The notes: generated by a model not told the origin, from the letters alone. A stretch of DNA of 63,944 nucleotides, filler included, from Octopus bimaculoides (GCF_001194135.2; 6 parts of 5 records of this genome joined end to end with filler, not necessarily neighbours in it), one strand, 5' to 3'. Shown: positions 25,999 to 40,283, counted from the first letter of the whole stretch. Made by a program: numbers and translations.

Positions 25999-26140
25999 CA
26001 TCGAGAAATACCTTAGGAATGAGAAACCAGGTTCGAAATTTCCCCAAGATACCTGAAGAAGGCAGGAGGGTATATCAGCCGAAACGTTGTTAACAGCAAA
26101 CAAGATGAGGACAAATATCAGTCGAATGTAAATAATGTAC
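25812..26140 (+). mobile_element. SINE-like element: tRNA-like head + (AAT)n + tail with hammerhead-like core
   Basis: A-box-like gggcgtatgtgg 25826-25837; B-box gagttcgattcc 25870-25881; (AAT)n 25900-25995; tail 25994-26140. Confidence 0.8.
26053..26091 (+). ncRNA. Hammerhead ribozyme-like catalytic core (CUGAAGA-A-helix II-GAAAC)
   Basis: CTGAAGA 26053-26059, extra A, GGCAG..CAGCC helix II (4/5 pairs), GAAAC 26081-26085; identical core on the minus strand at 25660-25692. Helices I and III are not firmly resolved. Confidence 0.6.
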
Positions 26141-27123
26141 AGAAATCCTTATCTCTTAAATTTAGATCTGTATTAGACTAAGGCAATTCGAAAATTACTT
26201 ACACTTCATCTATGTTACCTAATATTATGCATTAACCACTGCAACAAGCATAAATCTTTTGTCACTCCCTATTAATTCATACGATTGTATCAGATATCAA
26301 CATGCAACAATTTGAGACGACATTTAACACTGCTCCCAACAAACTCCAGATATGTATATAAACCATGGGCGATGCTCCTCCTTTCAATTCCAATGAATAA
26401 AATATATTATTGTACTAACGCGCAGATTAATTGCAGCATCGTCTGTGTTATAATTTTGCTATCGTTATAAACCACTGTCTAGATATATCTATCAACCATT
26501 GTTTTTTTTTTCTGTATTTCCTATATTATTTTTTCTCATAAGGCAACTGTAAAGATTATAAAAAGCGAAACCACCCTATTGTCGGGCAATTATTATTCCT
26601 CATAAACTCATTAAACAATATGATAGATATGAATACCATATTCCTAAGAATACATCCCCATACTAAACAGACTAGAAATATGAATAAGCATTAACAGCAC
26701 TTATTAATACACGTTGTCGAAGAATAATAACGTTTACAAGACATTTGAATATAGTCACTCATTTCAAGTATTAAATTCCATAAATACAGAGTCTTATGGC
26801 TATAGATTGGCAAACTGGTGCCACTAAATAATTGTCCTCGTCTGCAAAACTTAAAATTTGGTCTGTATTATACTATTCTTCATTACCGTGTTGGATTTTC
26901 CATGTACAAGGCAATTTCTCACTCGCCCTCAGACTTTTGTTTCACATACACACACACACACCCACACACATAAACACACAGCCATACACACGGATACACG
27001 TATATACATATAGATATACATAATTTAGCACATCATATATGCATACATACATACATACATGTAAATATATATGTCTATATATATAAATATGTATACGTAT
27101 AGGCACGTACATACATACTCATG

Positions 27124-27157
<34 letters not shown>

Positions 27158-27167
27158 NNNNNNNNNN

Positions 27168-27206
<39 letters not shown>

Positions 27207-30200
27207 TGTGAGTGAGTGTATGTGCTTGTGAAATTGCGCGTGTGTGCATATGTGTGCATATGTATATTGAAGAGATATCAATTCAACACAGAGCCAGTTG
27301 TTTGTGTAATCTACGTATTATATAGCTTTTCACCACCTTTAACAATGAGTAGCAACATGAATAATATATTTACACAGGAAACATTCTAAGAATGGCTTTT
27401 CGGTATATTTTATAGAAATTCAAATGTAAATGAGGAGTTCATAAGTAACATTCGCGATTCCTGTTATAAAACAGAGAAAGGTTTATATTACAGTTACATT
27501 TGTGAGACGAGTGAATTCGAAATATGCTTTATTCATTCAGCCCCAATATGAAACATTACAAATGTGAATATATTTATAGATACATTCATAATATCTATCT
27601 GCCTGTCTGTCTGTCAGTCTGTCTGTCTGCCAGTCTGTTTGTCTGTCTGTCTGTCTGTCAGTCTGTCTGTCTGTCAGTCTATCTGTCTGGCTGGCTATTT
27701 ATTTCTCTATCATTTTGTCTGTCTATCTATATCTCTCTCTATATATATTTATCTATATCTATTTCTATATCGATACAAACGCACACACTCACTCGCACAC
27801 GCACACACACAACCATATTCCCCGTATAGAACACAGTGGTGCTCAGAGTTTTCAAACTTACTCTCAGATATTTTTACAGGAGATCATTCCTCGAAGTAAC
27901 GAAATGTTATAAGAGGGAACAAGTTGAGCGAGTATAGACGCAATTATGCATATAAACAAATTTCATACATCGAATATATTAAATATGTTACAAAGTATCT
28001 CGTCCGTATCGAACCCTCAAATAGACACAGTCAATTACACGCTCATATAAAATGCCTTGTCCCAAAGTTGACTATAGAAACATTACGTGTACGAAATATT
28101 ATATTGCTTTAAACTAAATGAAATAAATATATGTTGACAGTCGTTGGGTGTAATTCTCTATAGTGAGAGAAACGCATACAGACATACATACACGCATGTC
28201 AGTCGTCACATATTTATATGCATGTTTAGAAGTGTGGACGTGTGTTGTATGACGTTCCTAACGTGGAAACACACACATACTCTGACACATACACACTCAT
28301 ACACTCACACGCATATGGACATTCATATAATATGTTATTGGTTAAAATCAGATCCGGTCGCGGAAAAAAAAAATTGTAGATACATCTGATCCCAAAACAT
28401 ACCACTACAAGCGAGAGTGTTTACGGAAAGATGATCACAGAAACTGTAAACAAAATTCCGTTTTTTTTAATATTTTCATTTCTCCCTTTTTCACCCTCTT
28501 AACTCAGTGTCACTTGTCTATCACCACTAACATTAATGAACTTTGTACATTGAAACAAATTAATATATAGCTTTATGAACAATCAAACTTGCACCTGTCC
28601 TCCTAATTCATAATGCTAAATTCATCTGTTTTGAACATGTTAATTTGTCAACATTGAAACAGTTCAGTTTGTCAAAATTGAAACTTTTAAAGATGNNNNN
28701 NNNNNNNNNNNNNNNNNNNNNNNNNNNNNNNNNNNNNNNNNNNNNNNNNNNNNNNNNNNNNNNNNNNNNNNNNNNNNNNNNNNNNNNNNNNNNNNNNNNN
28801 NNNNNNNNNNNNNNNNNNNNNNNNNNNNNNNNNNNNNNNNNNNNNNNNNNNNNNNNNNNNNNNNNNNNNNNNNNNNNNNNNNNNNNNNNNNNNNNNNNNN
28901 NNNNNNNNNNNNNNNNNNNNNNNNNNNNNNNNNNNNNNNNNNNNNNNNNNNNNNNNNNNNNNNNNNNNNNNNNNNNNNNNNNNNNNNNNNNNNNNNNNNN
29001 NNNNNNNNNNNNNNNNNNNNNNNNNNNNNNNNNNNNNNNNNNNNNNNNNNNNNNNNNNNNNNNNNNNNNNNNNNNNNNNNNNNNNNNNNNNNNNNNNNNN
29101 NNNNNNNNNNNNNNNNNNNNNNNNNNNNNNNNNNNNNNNNNNNNNNNNNNNNNNNNNNNNNNNNNNNNNNATTTACTTAACCGGTTTCACTTTTTTAGAA
29201 AAAGATTACCAAAAGTCTTTGAGAATAATAAACAATGTTAAAAAACAGTTTGAGTATTAAAATGCATATATACATTCTTTGATGATAAAATATATTTAAA
29301 TATAAAGCTTTGTATGAACTTTGTAGTGTTACATACTGATTGTCACACATTCTCTGATATTAAGATGAAATTGTTAAAAACAGTGTATGAAAATACACAT
29401 ATGGAAAAATACATATACATATTCTTATACATATTCTTTGATAATCGAATAAAGTTGAGGAGGAACTGACCTGGCTTTTTTTATATTGGAGTAGAGTTAT
29501 TATTATTCGATGTATGATATGAAAACTGACTTAATCATATAATTCACACTATAATGCATTATAAACGTAGAGCTCGCATTTCCCAAATTTAATAGAATAT
29601 CGGCGCATTTACAATGTAAACAACCTGTTAACTTCAAAAGGGTGCTGCGAATAATTCATTAATTAGGCTAATTAAATGAAATAACTGTATGTTAATGGAA
29701 CTTAAGGTATACTAGAGACATGTGTGTTAGATAGAAGAACTATAACTAGCAAAGTGCTTAATTGTACCCAACTAACAAGAATCTGTATGCTTACAGAAAA
29801 TGAAATAAACACCATATCATGCCTGATAGAGGTAGTATTTAGTAAATAAAATGCTTATAACGTTCTGTGTGTGATTATAATATCTAAGTAGAATTCATTA
29901 TAAATAAGTATGCACAGGGTAGAATATATCGCATAAAACATTCAAATGAATATTAAAGATCGAGAATATGCTACGAGCAAATTTGCAGTTGAGACAATGT
30001 ATGTTATTAAGAGTATGTCCGTACGTTTGATTGTCTATTAGAGATTTGAACCAAAATTACACCAATTTTATCGACGACAGAGAATTACTGAAATTTATTG
30101 CATGATAAATGATACTCGAAGGTATTTGCGTTTGCATGGCCGCCCGTGTGAAAGGGAGATTCCATCAAAATAGTGGATTATCCTACTGGTTAAAGGAAAA

Positions 30201-31077
30201 TGCATGAAATCATGTGGCATGATTAAGAAAACTACACCGGCCATTGGGAGCTGATTGTCAAACGTGGTTTTAACACTGATATGAACGTTCCATTAGTTAT
30301 ATGATATAGGAAGCCCGTGAAACTTATGAACCTTTATTTTGTAATCGACATTTGAAGGAAGATATCAAAAACCCTCTCGAAATTCACCTCTAGCGTTGTG
30401 AAAAAGTAAATGACAGGAAACCTATTTTCACGCGAACTCTCTGAGTGTTATTTTGTGTGAGTAAAAGGCATTTTCTTTGGTGAAGAATTCGATATGCTCC
30501 AAAAAGTTTCGACAAATAGCATATTTCTTGTTCTTTACATAATTTACTTCCGTCAGCCAATTCTAATTATCGTCCTCCATTCTTGTAGATTGCTGTGCAA
30601 AATCTTGAAATGTCCAAATTAAATTATCTGAATCGGTTTTAGCTTGAAATTATTTCGCATGTAAAAGTATGACCAATTAAAAAATGTGCTTGAAACATTT
30701 ACTGTAGTGGGTTGCGGCCTGTGGGGACGGGTCCGCATTTCATGAAATTTGGGACGCGTTTAACATATTTCAACGGGTCATATTGTAATTTTGTGCGGAG
30801 CTAGATAGGAATTTTGATACCAGCTTTTATCAGTATTGCAATAAGTGGCCCATCCATTGTAGATATCTGTAAATTCTATAATTTGGATAAGTGTATTCCA
30901 AATTTTAAGTGTTGATTAGTAACAGATGTTTTTAAGCAACTGAGAAGTTGGTGTTTTCCTATGTGGATCTGGCAATATGGTTGTCTATGGTTTAGGGTGC
31001 CTAAACAAATGCAGTAGGTGGCAATATCCATCTGGTTGAATATAGAATTACTAGATCAAGGCAACGTTAAATAGTAG

Positions 31078-31208
31078 GGCGGCAAGGTGGCAGAACCGTA
31101 AACACGCTGGAAAAAATGCTTAGCATTATTTCTTCCATTCGGTATTCGAATCCCGCCGTGACCAACTTTGCCCTTCATTTCCACGGATCGATAAAATTAA
31201 GTAGCAGT
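31078..31208 (+). mobile_element. SINE family A copy
   Basis: ggcggcaaggtggcagaacc head, ttcgaatccc B-box, actttgcccttcatttccacggatcgataaaattaagtagcag core. Confidence 0.7.
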
Positions 31209-32171
31209 GAACTACTGCACTCAACGTAATTGACCTACCCCCTCCCCCGCTCCATATGACTACTGGATGTGAACACTGTAACTGACCGGCGTCCTGTTCA
31301 GAGGAGAATACTGTGACCTCGAACACATTGCGAAAGCGAGTTTCGGATTTCCCTTTGCTAATGTGTTATTGTTATTGTGGTAGCAGTGTAATACCAAAAG
31401 TAAATGTTCTTTAACAGCCGCAGAATAACTAGCGAGGTATCGTTGCAAATAGACTTCGTGGAAAGGAATAGGAAAACAACAGAGATCACGCTCTTGAGCA
31501 CTTTCGCTTTGTTAAGTTTTTGACAAAATTAAAGTCCCCTCTACGTTTGTATGTTTCAAAGATAACGTGCTGAAGATGAGACGTCCTCCAGTAATATGCA
31601 CAAGATAACGAGCTGCGCGGCATACGGTTCATAGTGTTTCGGTGCTCATTACGTTGTACCTGTAGCTATAAAACGTAGCTCGCAATATAAAGATTGATAT
31701 AATCCTAAAAATATTCCATAGTGTTAAAGGTCATTGTTGCAAGTTGCACTAGAATATTACATCGTTAACCTCTTAACTGCTGATGTCATTATTAACTTGC
31801 AAAATTATATGTTAAACTACTAAGTTTATGCCTGGGAGAAGTGAATTCGTTCCGAAGGATAATGACATAGACTACAGGAATTCACTTTGTAATACAATTC
31901 GCAGTATTGTTCCACCTAAATGTGTGTAGATATATTTTCAATATGCACACAAATAAAATTAATCTGAAGACAAAACGTTATTTACCAAAAATAATATAGT
32001 AGGTAAAATCTATAATTACTATAATTACAGTATACCATAACTCAGACGAAATAATATACGTACACTACGCAAATTCGTAAATTGAGTACTAAATATTAAA
32101 GTGACCATAGTCACAATAGCTAAAAAAATAATTATTCGTAAAATCTTTACAAATATAGTCTTTCTTCTCCG

Positions 32172-32203
<32 letters not shown>

Positions 32204-32213
32204 NNNNNNNNNN

Positions 32214-32255
<42 letters not shown>

Positions 32256-34019
32256 TTCTTTCCTTCATCCACACAAAACTATTTCACAAATAATTTTGAT
32301 ATTTGTTTCGGCTGGCACGAACAGAAACAATCATTTTATTTTACTCAGATGGAATGTCTTGCCCAAACGTCAGCCATTTTCTTTTCCACTTAAGAAAAAT
32401 AATTTACTTTATGCAGTATCTATCTATTATTCTTATTTTATTACTATAATATACGTTATGTAAACATACCTTAAAAATACATTTTTTATATGACAGACTG
32501 ATGCCTCTAGCAAGAGGCCTCTAGCAAGAGAAGTCTTAAGTAAACATGGCTTTCCCTACATTGAACCTTTCTTGTTATTTTGGGTACCCCGATATGTACG
32601 TGTGTGTGTGCATACATGTATTTATGGTGTAACGGTGGAAAAGTGAATTGCATATTTAGTTATGGTCAAATTTTTCGATAGTTCGAACCAAGATACTTTA
32701 AGGTTTCTCTCCAAAATTCTAATATTGCTAAAATAAATAACAGTAAAATTCAGAAAACGAATTGATCGACTGAGCCTTCTTCCGAAATTTACGATCTTGT
32801 TTAGTCTGAGAAATCAATAACGTATTGATTCTTACCCTCCTTTACATTCATATTCATACAAGTGATAAAATGAAATATAGTGAGGTTGTTATGGATTTGG
32901 AGTCTTATATTTGTTAGATGTTGTCAAGGATGGAAAGCACTACCTATTATACATATCTTCTTTACCACTGATCGTTTATTTTATATATTTATTTGTTTTT
33001 TTTTCTTCTTGTGATGGCATTTAATGGACTTGCATTTAAAGTCTTCTTGATATTTTACAGCTCATTATAACTCTGTCAAGGTAAGATAAATGTTCATTTT
33101 ATGCATACATATCCGATAGACTTGCCTGATTAAGTTTTGTAATTATTGAATAATTCTACAAAAGATACGACCTACAACACTAATACACTTGATAATGTCG
33201 AAGAAAGGATGTGACATGAAATTTCTGACATATAATATTGATAGTACCCTCTTTAATATCGATTACCTTTATTTAAGATCTTCGTTTAAATGGAAAAATG
33301 TCGATTTATTGATACACATTTCTGTGGAGGCTTCTGTTCACCCTTCTTTTAGCAATGGCGGAAAGAATCAGCTTCGATTGGAAGTGAATACAAAATGTAC
33401 AGGAAAGTTACTAATTACCACTTTTACACAACTTACTATCATGTCCATGAGTCACAAAATTATGTACATGTTTGTAAGCGAATGTATATATACACATATA
33501 TATGCGTTGTGTATGTATACATACATATANNNNNNNNNNNNNNNNNNNNNNNNNNNNNNNNNNNNNNNNNNNNNNNNNNNNNNNNNNNNNNNNNNNNNNN
33601 NNNNNNNNNNNNNNNNNNNNNNNNNNNNNNNNNNNNNNNNNNNNNNNNNNNNNNNNNNNNNNNNNNNNNNNNNNNNNNNNNNNNNNNNNNNNNNNNNNNN
33701 NNNNNNNNNNNNNNNNNNNNNNNNNNNNNNNNNNNNNNNNNNNNNNNNNNNNNNNNNNNNNNNNNNNNNNNNNNNNNNNNNNNNNNNNNNNNNNNNNNNN
33801 NNNNNNNNNNNNNNNNNNNNNNNNNNNNNNNNNNNNNNNNNNNNNNNNNNNNNNNNNNNNNNNNNNNNNNNNNNNNNNNNNNNNNNNNNNNNNNNNNNNN
33901 NNNNNNNNNNNNNNNNNNNNNNNNNNNNNNNNNNNNNNNNNNNNNNNNNNNNNNNNNNNNNNNNNNNNNNNNNNNNNNNNNNNNNNNNNATATATATATG
34001 TATGTATGTATGTATGTGT

Positions 34020-34225
34020 GTATGTGTGTATGTGTTTGTGTGTCTGTGTTTGTCCTCCCAACATCGATTGACAACCGATGGTGGTGTATTTAAGTCCCCG
34101 TAAGTTAGGTTTTCGGAAAAGAGACCGATAGAGTAAGTACTAGGCTTACAAATAATAAGTCCAGGGGTCGATATGCTCGACTAAAGGTGGTGCTCCAGCA
34201 TGGCCATAGTCAGATTACTGAAACA
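34020..34225 (+). mobile_element. SINE family B body
   Basis: Follows (TG/TA)n; gtttgtcc..ttgacaaccg..agaccgatagagtaagtactaggc..gtccaggggtcgat..gctccagcatggcc..actgaaacaagtaaaag. Confidence 0.75.
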
Positions 34226-36844
34226 AGTAAAAGCGTAAAAGAATGTATATATATATATATATACTAGGTGGAGGAGGGTATTGGATTTAACCAAACCCAA
34301 CAAGATACAGGTAATACCGAGTAAGTGTTGTATACCGACTAGTTTTGCCCCAGTCGTTGTATGAACAGGATTGGGGATTATAAGTCGTGTATTAGCGTGT
34401 GTATGTATAAATATATAAAAAGATAATGAGAGCAATGGTAAAGTTTGAAATATATTTTATATATAGTGTCTTACAGCTGTTTCTGGGAAGATCCAGTACT
34501 TCCTTTTATCGCAGACAGAAATAGTAAAGGAATCGATTATTATATCCATAGGTGGAGAATTATAGTATGAAGTGAGAGTGAGTGTGATGAGCTGAAAAAA
34601 TACAGAAAGAGAATACAGTACTTGGAGTGTAGTTTCATTACAGTAGTAAGTATCCGTGTAAAGTAATCCTTGTGGGAATTTTATATATATATATACTGAG
34701 AAACAGATTAGGTAGGTACCGGTAGAAATATGGATATAAATTTAATACTTATCTACCAGTGTGTGCGCATGTGAGTTCATGTATGAGTTTATCTATTTAG
34801 ATATGTATATATGCATGTGTGATGTTTGTGTATGGAGCCATAATGGGTTCATTTGAAGTTTATTTATATATGGGTATACATTTAATTTTAATGCATGGAT
34901 TTATTTGAAGTTTATTTATGTGTGGGTATACGTTACGTTTCAATGACGTGTCTGATATCCCTAAAAGTTTTAAAATCATCTCTCTGCATGGAAAGGATAA
35001 CATGTCCTAATGTGAAAGGATTATTCAGAATTAGCGAAAAAAATTGCGAACGTTGTCTGTTAAATTAACTCTCTTAAACTTTACTTGCAAAGCAACGCAC
35101 TTTACAGATTATGTCAGAAACCTGTACTTAACAAATTATGTCCACTCAATCAGTTTTAAAATTCCATACTTTTCGTATACAACTTCTGCGCCAGGATATT
35201 CTACAGCTTGTAACTTCATAACCCATTTCCATGACTGTAAAAGAAAAGAAAGAATTTCAAAGTAAACGATCGCGTTGCATTCAACTTTACATTCTACGTT
35301 AACTCTGAAATGAGTTATGCTACTGAATTGAAGACAGTATACACAGCGAAGATTGTGATGTGATTCACGTAGGCGATCGTCCTCGACAGTTAGTTGTCTT
35401 ACATAAATAGTGAATAGTCTAGAATTTTTTCATCGGAAATATACAAAAACGGCTTTCAGTTTTATTCTATTTTACATACTTTATTCTGTTAGTCGCTTGG
35501 TATCCATAATTTATATATCGAGTACATTACTTACACAACCTTTTGACAAGAAAGATGTATTTATGACACACCATCACATATTCTCCCGCTCTGGTTCAAT
35601 ATGATGCATTTCAAGAAGGTAGCTCTTCCTCAGGTACGGTTTGCTTTCAGTAAAAGATCGTCTATTTTAATCTGGTCAGAGAGAAGCAATGATCTTTGTT
35701 GACCGTGTAATTTGATAATTACCAAAAATTCATGTAATTCCATACTACAGCGCAATCACCGTGTCTGGTTCCCAGGTCTTCATATAAGAAGAAACATCCT
35801 TGATTGCATGATGACAATCGGGAATGTGGCAACAGGAACAATCTAGGAGAGACAGAGGAAGAAGATTCTTGGTGACTTTATCGAAAGGAAAACCGACCCA
35901 ATAAAAGTTTTGTGCAAGTGTAACCGCGCTTATCCCCGAAAACAGACCAACGTTAGAAAGAATACCTTATGATACGAGAACAAGTTAAGCAGTCAAAGAA
36001 GAAATGTTCCCATTGTGGTTATTCTACTCCTAGCTTTATTCAAATGTTGGAAAGAAGAAAGGTGTGTCTTATAGAATATACAATCATTAAGTTCATTTTG
36101 TTACACTGAAGGAGTTTCTTGCTTTACTTATTCATAGGTCAATCAGACAAGTGATAGGGTCAAGTAACTTAACTTCTTCAACCATTAATACTGATTCTTG
36201 AAATTAGCTGATTTTCGCTAATTAAAAGAACCTAAACTAATTATGCCTGTTATAAACACGCTTAGAGAACTCCAGCTGTGCAGACATATTCTCGTATGTG
36301 TATGGCAATTAATAACAGTGAAGTAGTTTGAGGTGGTTAATGTTAAATATATTGTCGCTAATGAATGGATGCGATAAGAATAGTCGTCCCTTCCGCTCTC
36401 TCTCGGATATCATATTGACCTGGCAGCAGAGATTTATAAATTTTTAATGCTGATCGTGCATCTTAGGTTTCACTAATAACGATAGATTTTAAACATTAAT
36501 AGGGTATTAAACTAAAGAAAAAAAAAACTGCAACTGCCTTTGAAATCTCAATTTTTCTCTGCCTGTCTCTCTATGTTTCTCAGTCGCTTTATGTAGCCAC
36601 ACACACACACATGTGAGTTTGCGCACACGCGTGCACACATACGCATGCATGTATAATAAAGTATAAATTAATGAATTAATAATTATAGAGAACAGAGATT
36701 TATATACCCAGTTTTATTCTGTAGTTAATCACGTCTTTCCATTTTTGTACCTACATACGTTTCTCTTGCAATTCATTGCACACTGCAAACTTTTGCATCT
36801 TGCAGGTGTGCATTTTCGTGTTAATTTCTGCTTCTTCATGGTGC

Positions 36845-36913
<69 letters not shown>

Positions 36914-36979
36914 TATAAGCATGTTAGAGGATGACAGATGAAGAATGAGCAACGTACCGTTTCGATTGTCTATTTTCAT

Positions 36980-37030
<51 letters not shown>

Positions 37031-37479
37031 CGTATACACNNNNNNNNNNNNNNNNNNNNNNNNNNNNNNNNNNNNNNNNNNNNNNNNNNNNNNNNNNNNN
37101 NNNNNNNNNNNNNNNNNNNNNNNNNNNNNNNNNNNNNNNNNNNNNNNNNNNNNNNNNNNNNNNNNNNNNNNNNNNNNNNNNNNNNNNNNNNNNNNNNNNN
37201 NNNNNNNNNNNNNNNNNNNNNNNNNNNNNNNNNNNNNNNNNNNNNNNNNNNNNNNNNNNNNNNNNNNNNNNNNNNNNNNNNNNNNNNNNNNNNNNNNNNN
37301 NNNNNNNNNNNNNNNNNNNNNNNNNNNNNNNNNNNNNNNNNNNNNNNNNNNNNNNNNNNNNNNNNNNNNNNNNNNNNNNNNNNNNNNNNNNNNNNNNATA
37401 TATATATATATATATATATACATATACACACTAATTTTAAGATAATGCTCTATTTCACCCATTTCTAAAAGATAATTAC

Positions 37480-38440
37480 ACCGTTTAATATATCAATGTC
37501 GAGTCACACCATCCAAAATGTATCATCAATATTAATTACAATATCTTGCCTATCAGCCAACGAGCAGATCTCTATCGACCATACACCTACCTGTAATCTT
37601 ACTTTAATGAATAGTGGATTCAAAAAGAAAATCTTTTACATTAGAAATACCCCATTCAGAATAAATTTGAATCAAATCGTCTTAAATCTAGGCGATCTAA
37701 GTATAGATGTCCCTGAATTAAGACTCAAATATAGATATAATAGAAATAGCAATGACTTGAACTATAGGATTGGAGGGAACCCAAACTTTAGCAGACAACT
37801 CAGTAATAAAACATCTTGAAAACGGGATATAATCTGGTTTACCCCTGCAATTTCCGTTCAAATTAGGAATCTTCCTAAGATATTTTTTAGGTTAATTGAG
37901 AGGAACTTCTCCTAAGGACACAGATTCCACTCTATATTCAATAGAACATCTTTGATTTTATCCTATTCTATGATACCAAACTTGGATGGGTGGGGGGTCG
38001 ATTATGGTAGCGAATAATAGACTTAAATTGCGAAATAATGTTGATAATAACGCTAGTATACCGGAAAAAAAGATGCCACTGCCGATCCCGAAACGCCTGT
38101 GCTTTGAACGGTCAGTGTCTATGTAGAGACGTTGTATATAAACGCGAAGTAAATGCCATAAAGAATCCTATAGAAGTATACATAGAGAGTACTGTTGTCT
38201 TAAAAATCAGGTATAGGGTGCATTTTTACTCGTTTATAAAAAAAACAAAACAAACAGATCTAAAATTCAACGGCTCTGGCTATTTATATCAAAGATTAAA
38301 AATAGAAATAGTAAATACGCTTGAAAATGGTCCTTTTTGTGTGAATCCACTCCTTATAATAGTCATTCAAAAGTTTGGAAATTTTGCATCGAGGAGGCCA
38401 ATAACATATGAGTTGACCTTCTCATGAAAGAAAACTGTAA
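37480..38440 (+). mobile_element. Penelope-like element remnant (RT C-terminus/linker and GIY-YIG endonuclease)
   Basis: KRDIIWFTP..IERNFS*GHRFHSIFNRTSLILSYSMIPN (PLE linker motif IIWFNPP..IFNR..SYS) and CHCRSRNACALNGQCLCRDVVYK..VYIEST..KIRYRVH (CxC..CPLxGxCL..VIY..YIG..K.R..H). Confidence 0.82.
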
Positions 38441-38987
38441 GGAATCAAGCCATTTGCTTCTAACTGGCATTACGTACACACCTAGATGTTTAGGAATAAA
38501 ATATGAAAATATTTTCTTAGACATGTTTAAGTCTTAAAATAGTGTTTCCCCAACCATTGCTTTGATCATAATCAAATTTATCACAAAATACAGAATTAGA
38601 AAGAATAGCAAGCTATTGCTAAATTTATTGCTGTACGTTGATGTATAATTATTTTCGGAGTAAAAATACTTCAACCTTGTTGCTGCGTACGTTCGTTCAG
38701 ATTATATTTAGGACTACATTATCAATATTACCAATACTCTCTTTATCAAAATAGTGTATCACTTGATAATATTTACAATGTTTAATATGTTTTATGAAAT
38801 CCATTGTGTTCATAATGTGCATATCGCAGCTATTTCCAGTAATCTCAGTAATCATACAACAAAATAGAGGCTACTTTGTGTGGAGAGTTTATTTAAATTC
38901 AATAATAAATCCAGTTTCCAATCCTTTTTAAGATACAGCTATAGGGTATTATGAACTGAAATGTGATTTGTAGTGCCACTATACACA

Positions 38988-39050
<63 letters not shown>

Positions 39051-40283
39051 TATGTATTCCTATATATATATATATGTATGCATATATACGTATAAACATA
39101 TATATGTACATACACGTATATANNNNNNNNNNNNNNNNNNNNNNNNNNNNNNNNNNNNNNNNNNNNTTAATTAATTAANNNNNNNNNNNNNNNNNNNNNN
39201 NNNNNNNNNNNNNNNNNNNNNNTATCAAACTAATCAAATCAATGTTTTCTATATAAAACGAAAAAGCAGGACAGTATCGGAAACAGATATGACGCAGATA
39301 CTATTTTATATATACGCAGGAAGACTTTTGATTAATAATATGACAGAATTAAGGCAAGATAAAAAATGAAAGTCGTCAATATATAAGGCATTCTGCTTAA
39401 ACTGCGTCTTTAAGATACGATTTGTTAGTAGTAACGCTAAAAGGAAACTATTTCCTAAGGAACTCAAGAGAAGGATAAAAAGAGCAGATAAAGAGGAATA
39501 AAGACAAAAGGAAAGTAAAGATTTAATGAAAAGGTGAATCAAAACTAAAGTTGGAGATGAAAAAAAAGGCACGTACCTAGGCAGTGGTCAAGCAAATAAT
39601 GGTCGTTTTGTACTGAAAGAATTTTGAAAGGGTTTTTTTTTTAGACTGGGGTCAAACGGTCGAATCCATTCAAGCATGTTTTAAGTCTTTAGCAACACCA
39701 ATTACAAAGAACTTGGGAGTGGTACTGAAAGATGGAGAGAAGTATTGACAGACAGAAACTGGGTGGGAGCTGTCTTCAATAATTCAAGTAATGCTATATA
39801 TTCAAAATTAACCGTACATGCTGGTTTTGTTGTTGTTATTGTTGCTGCTACTGATGTTATTGTCACTTATTTTTTTTGTATTTTGACGCTACTTTCCTTC
39901 AGAAGTTAGTGGTCATAAACTCCCAAGGGAATTTTATGCCAGCTTCATCACTTTCATTTATTTATTTATTTTTTCTTTGTTTTGAAACGAGATCGAACTT
40001 AAGCATTTTGTACCGATAGCTTTTAGACACTTTTTTTCTGAAACTGGTAAGATTATGTAGGGGGTGCAAATTTTGATCTTGCACCCCCTGAAAATTCTAG
40101 AGGATGCAGGTGCACCCGCTGCACCCCCTGTTCCCGGGCCAATCTCTCTCCCAGTTGCTGTTGTTGTCTGTAAAAGACCTACGCAGTTGTCTTAGTGTGC
40201 GATAATGAAATCTTCTGTTAAGTGTTTGCGAGTGTTGTTCAATTACTTCTATAACAATCTAAGAAATACATTTGCATCCATCA

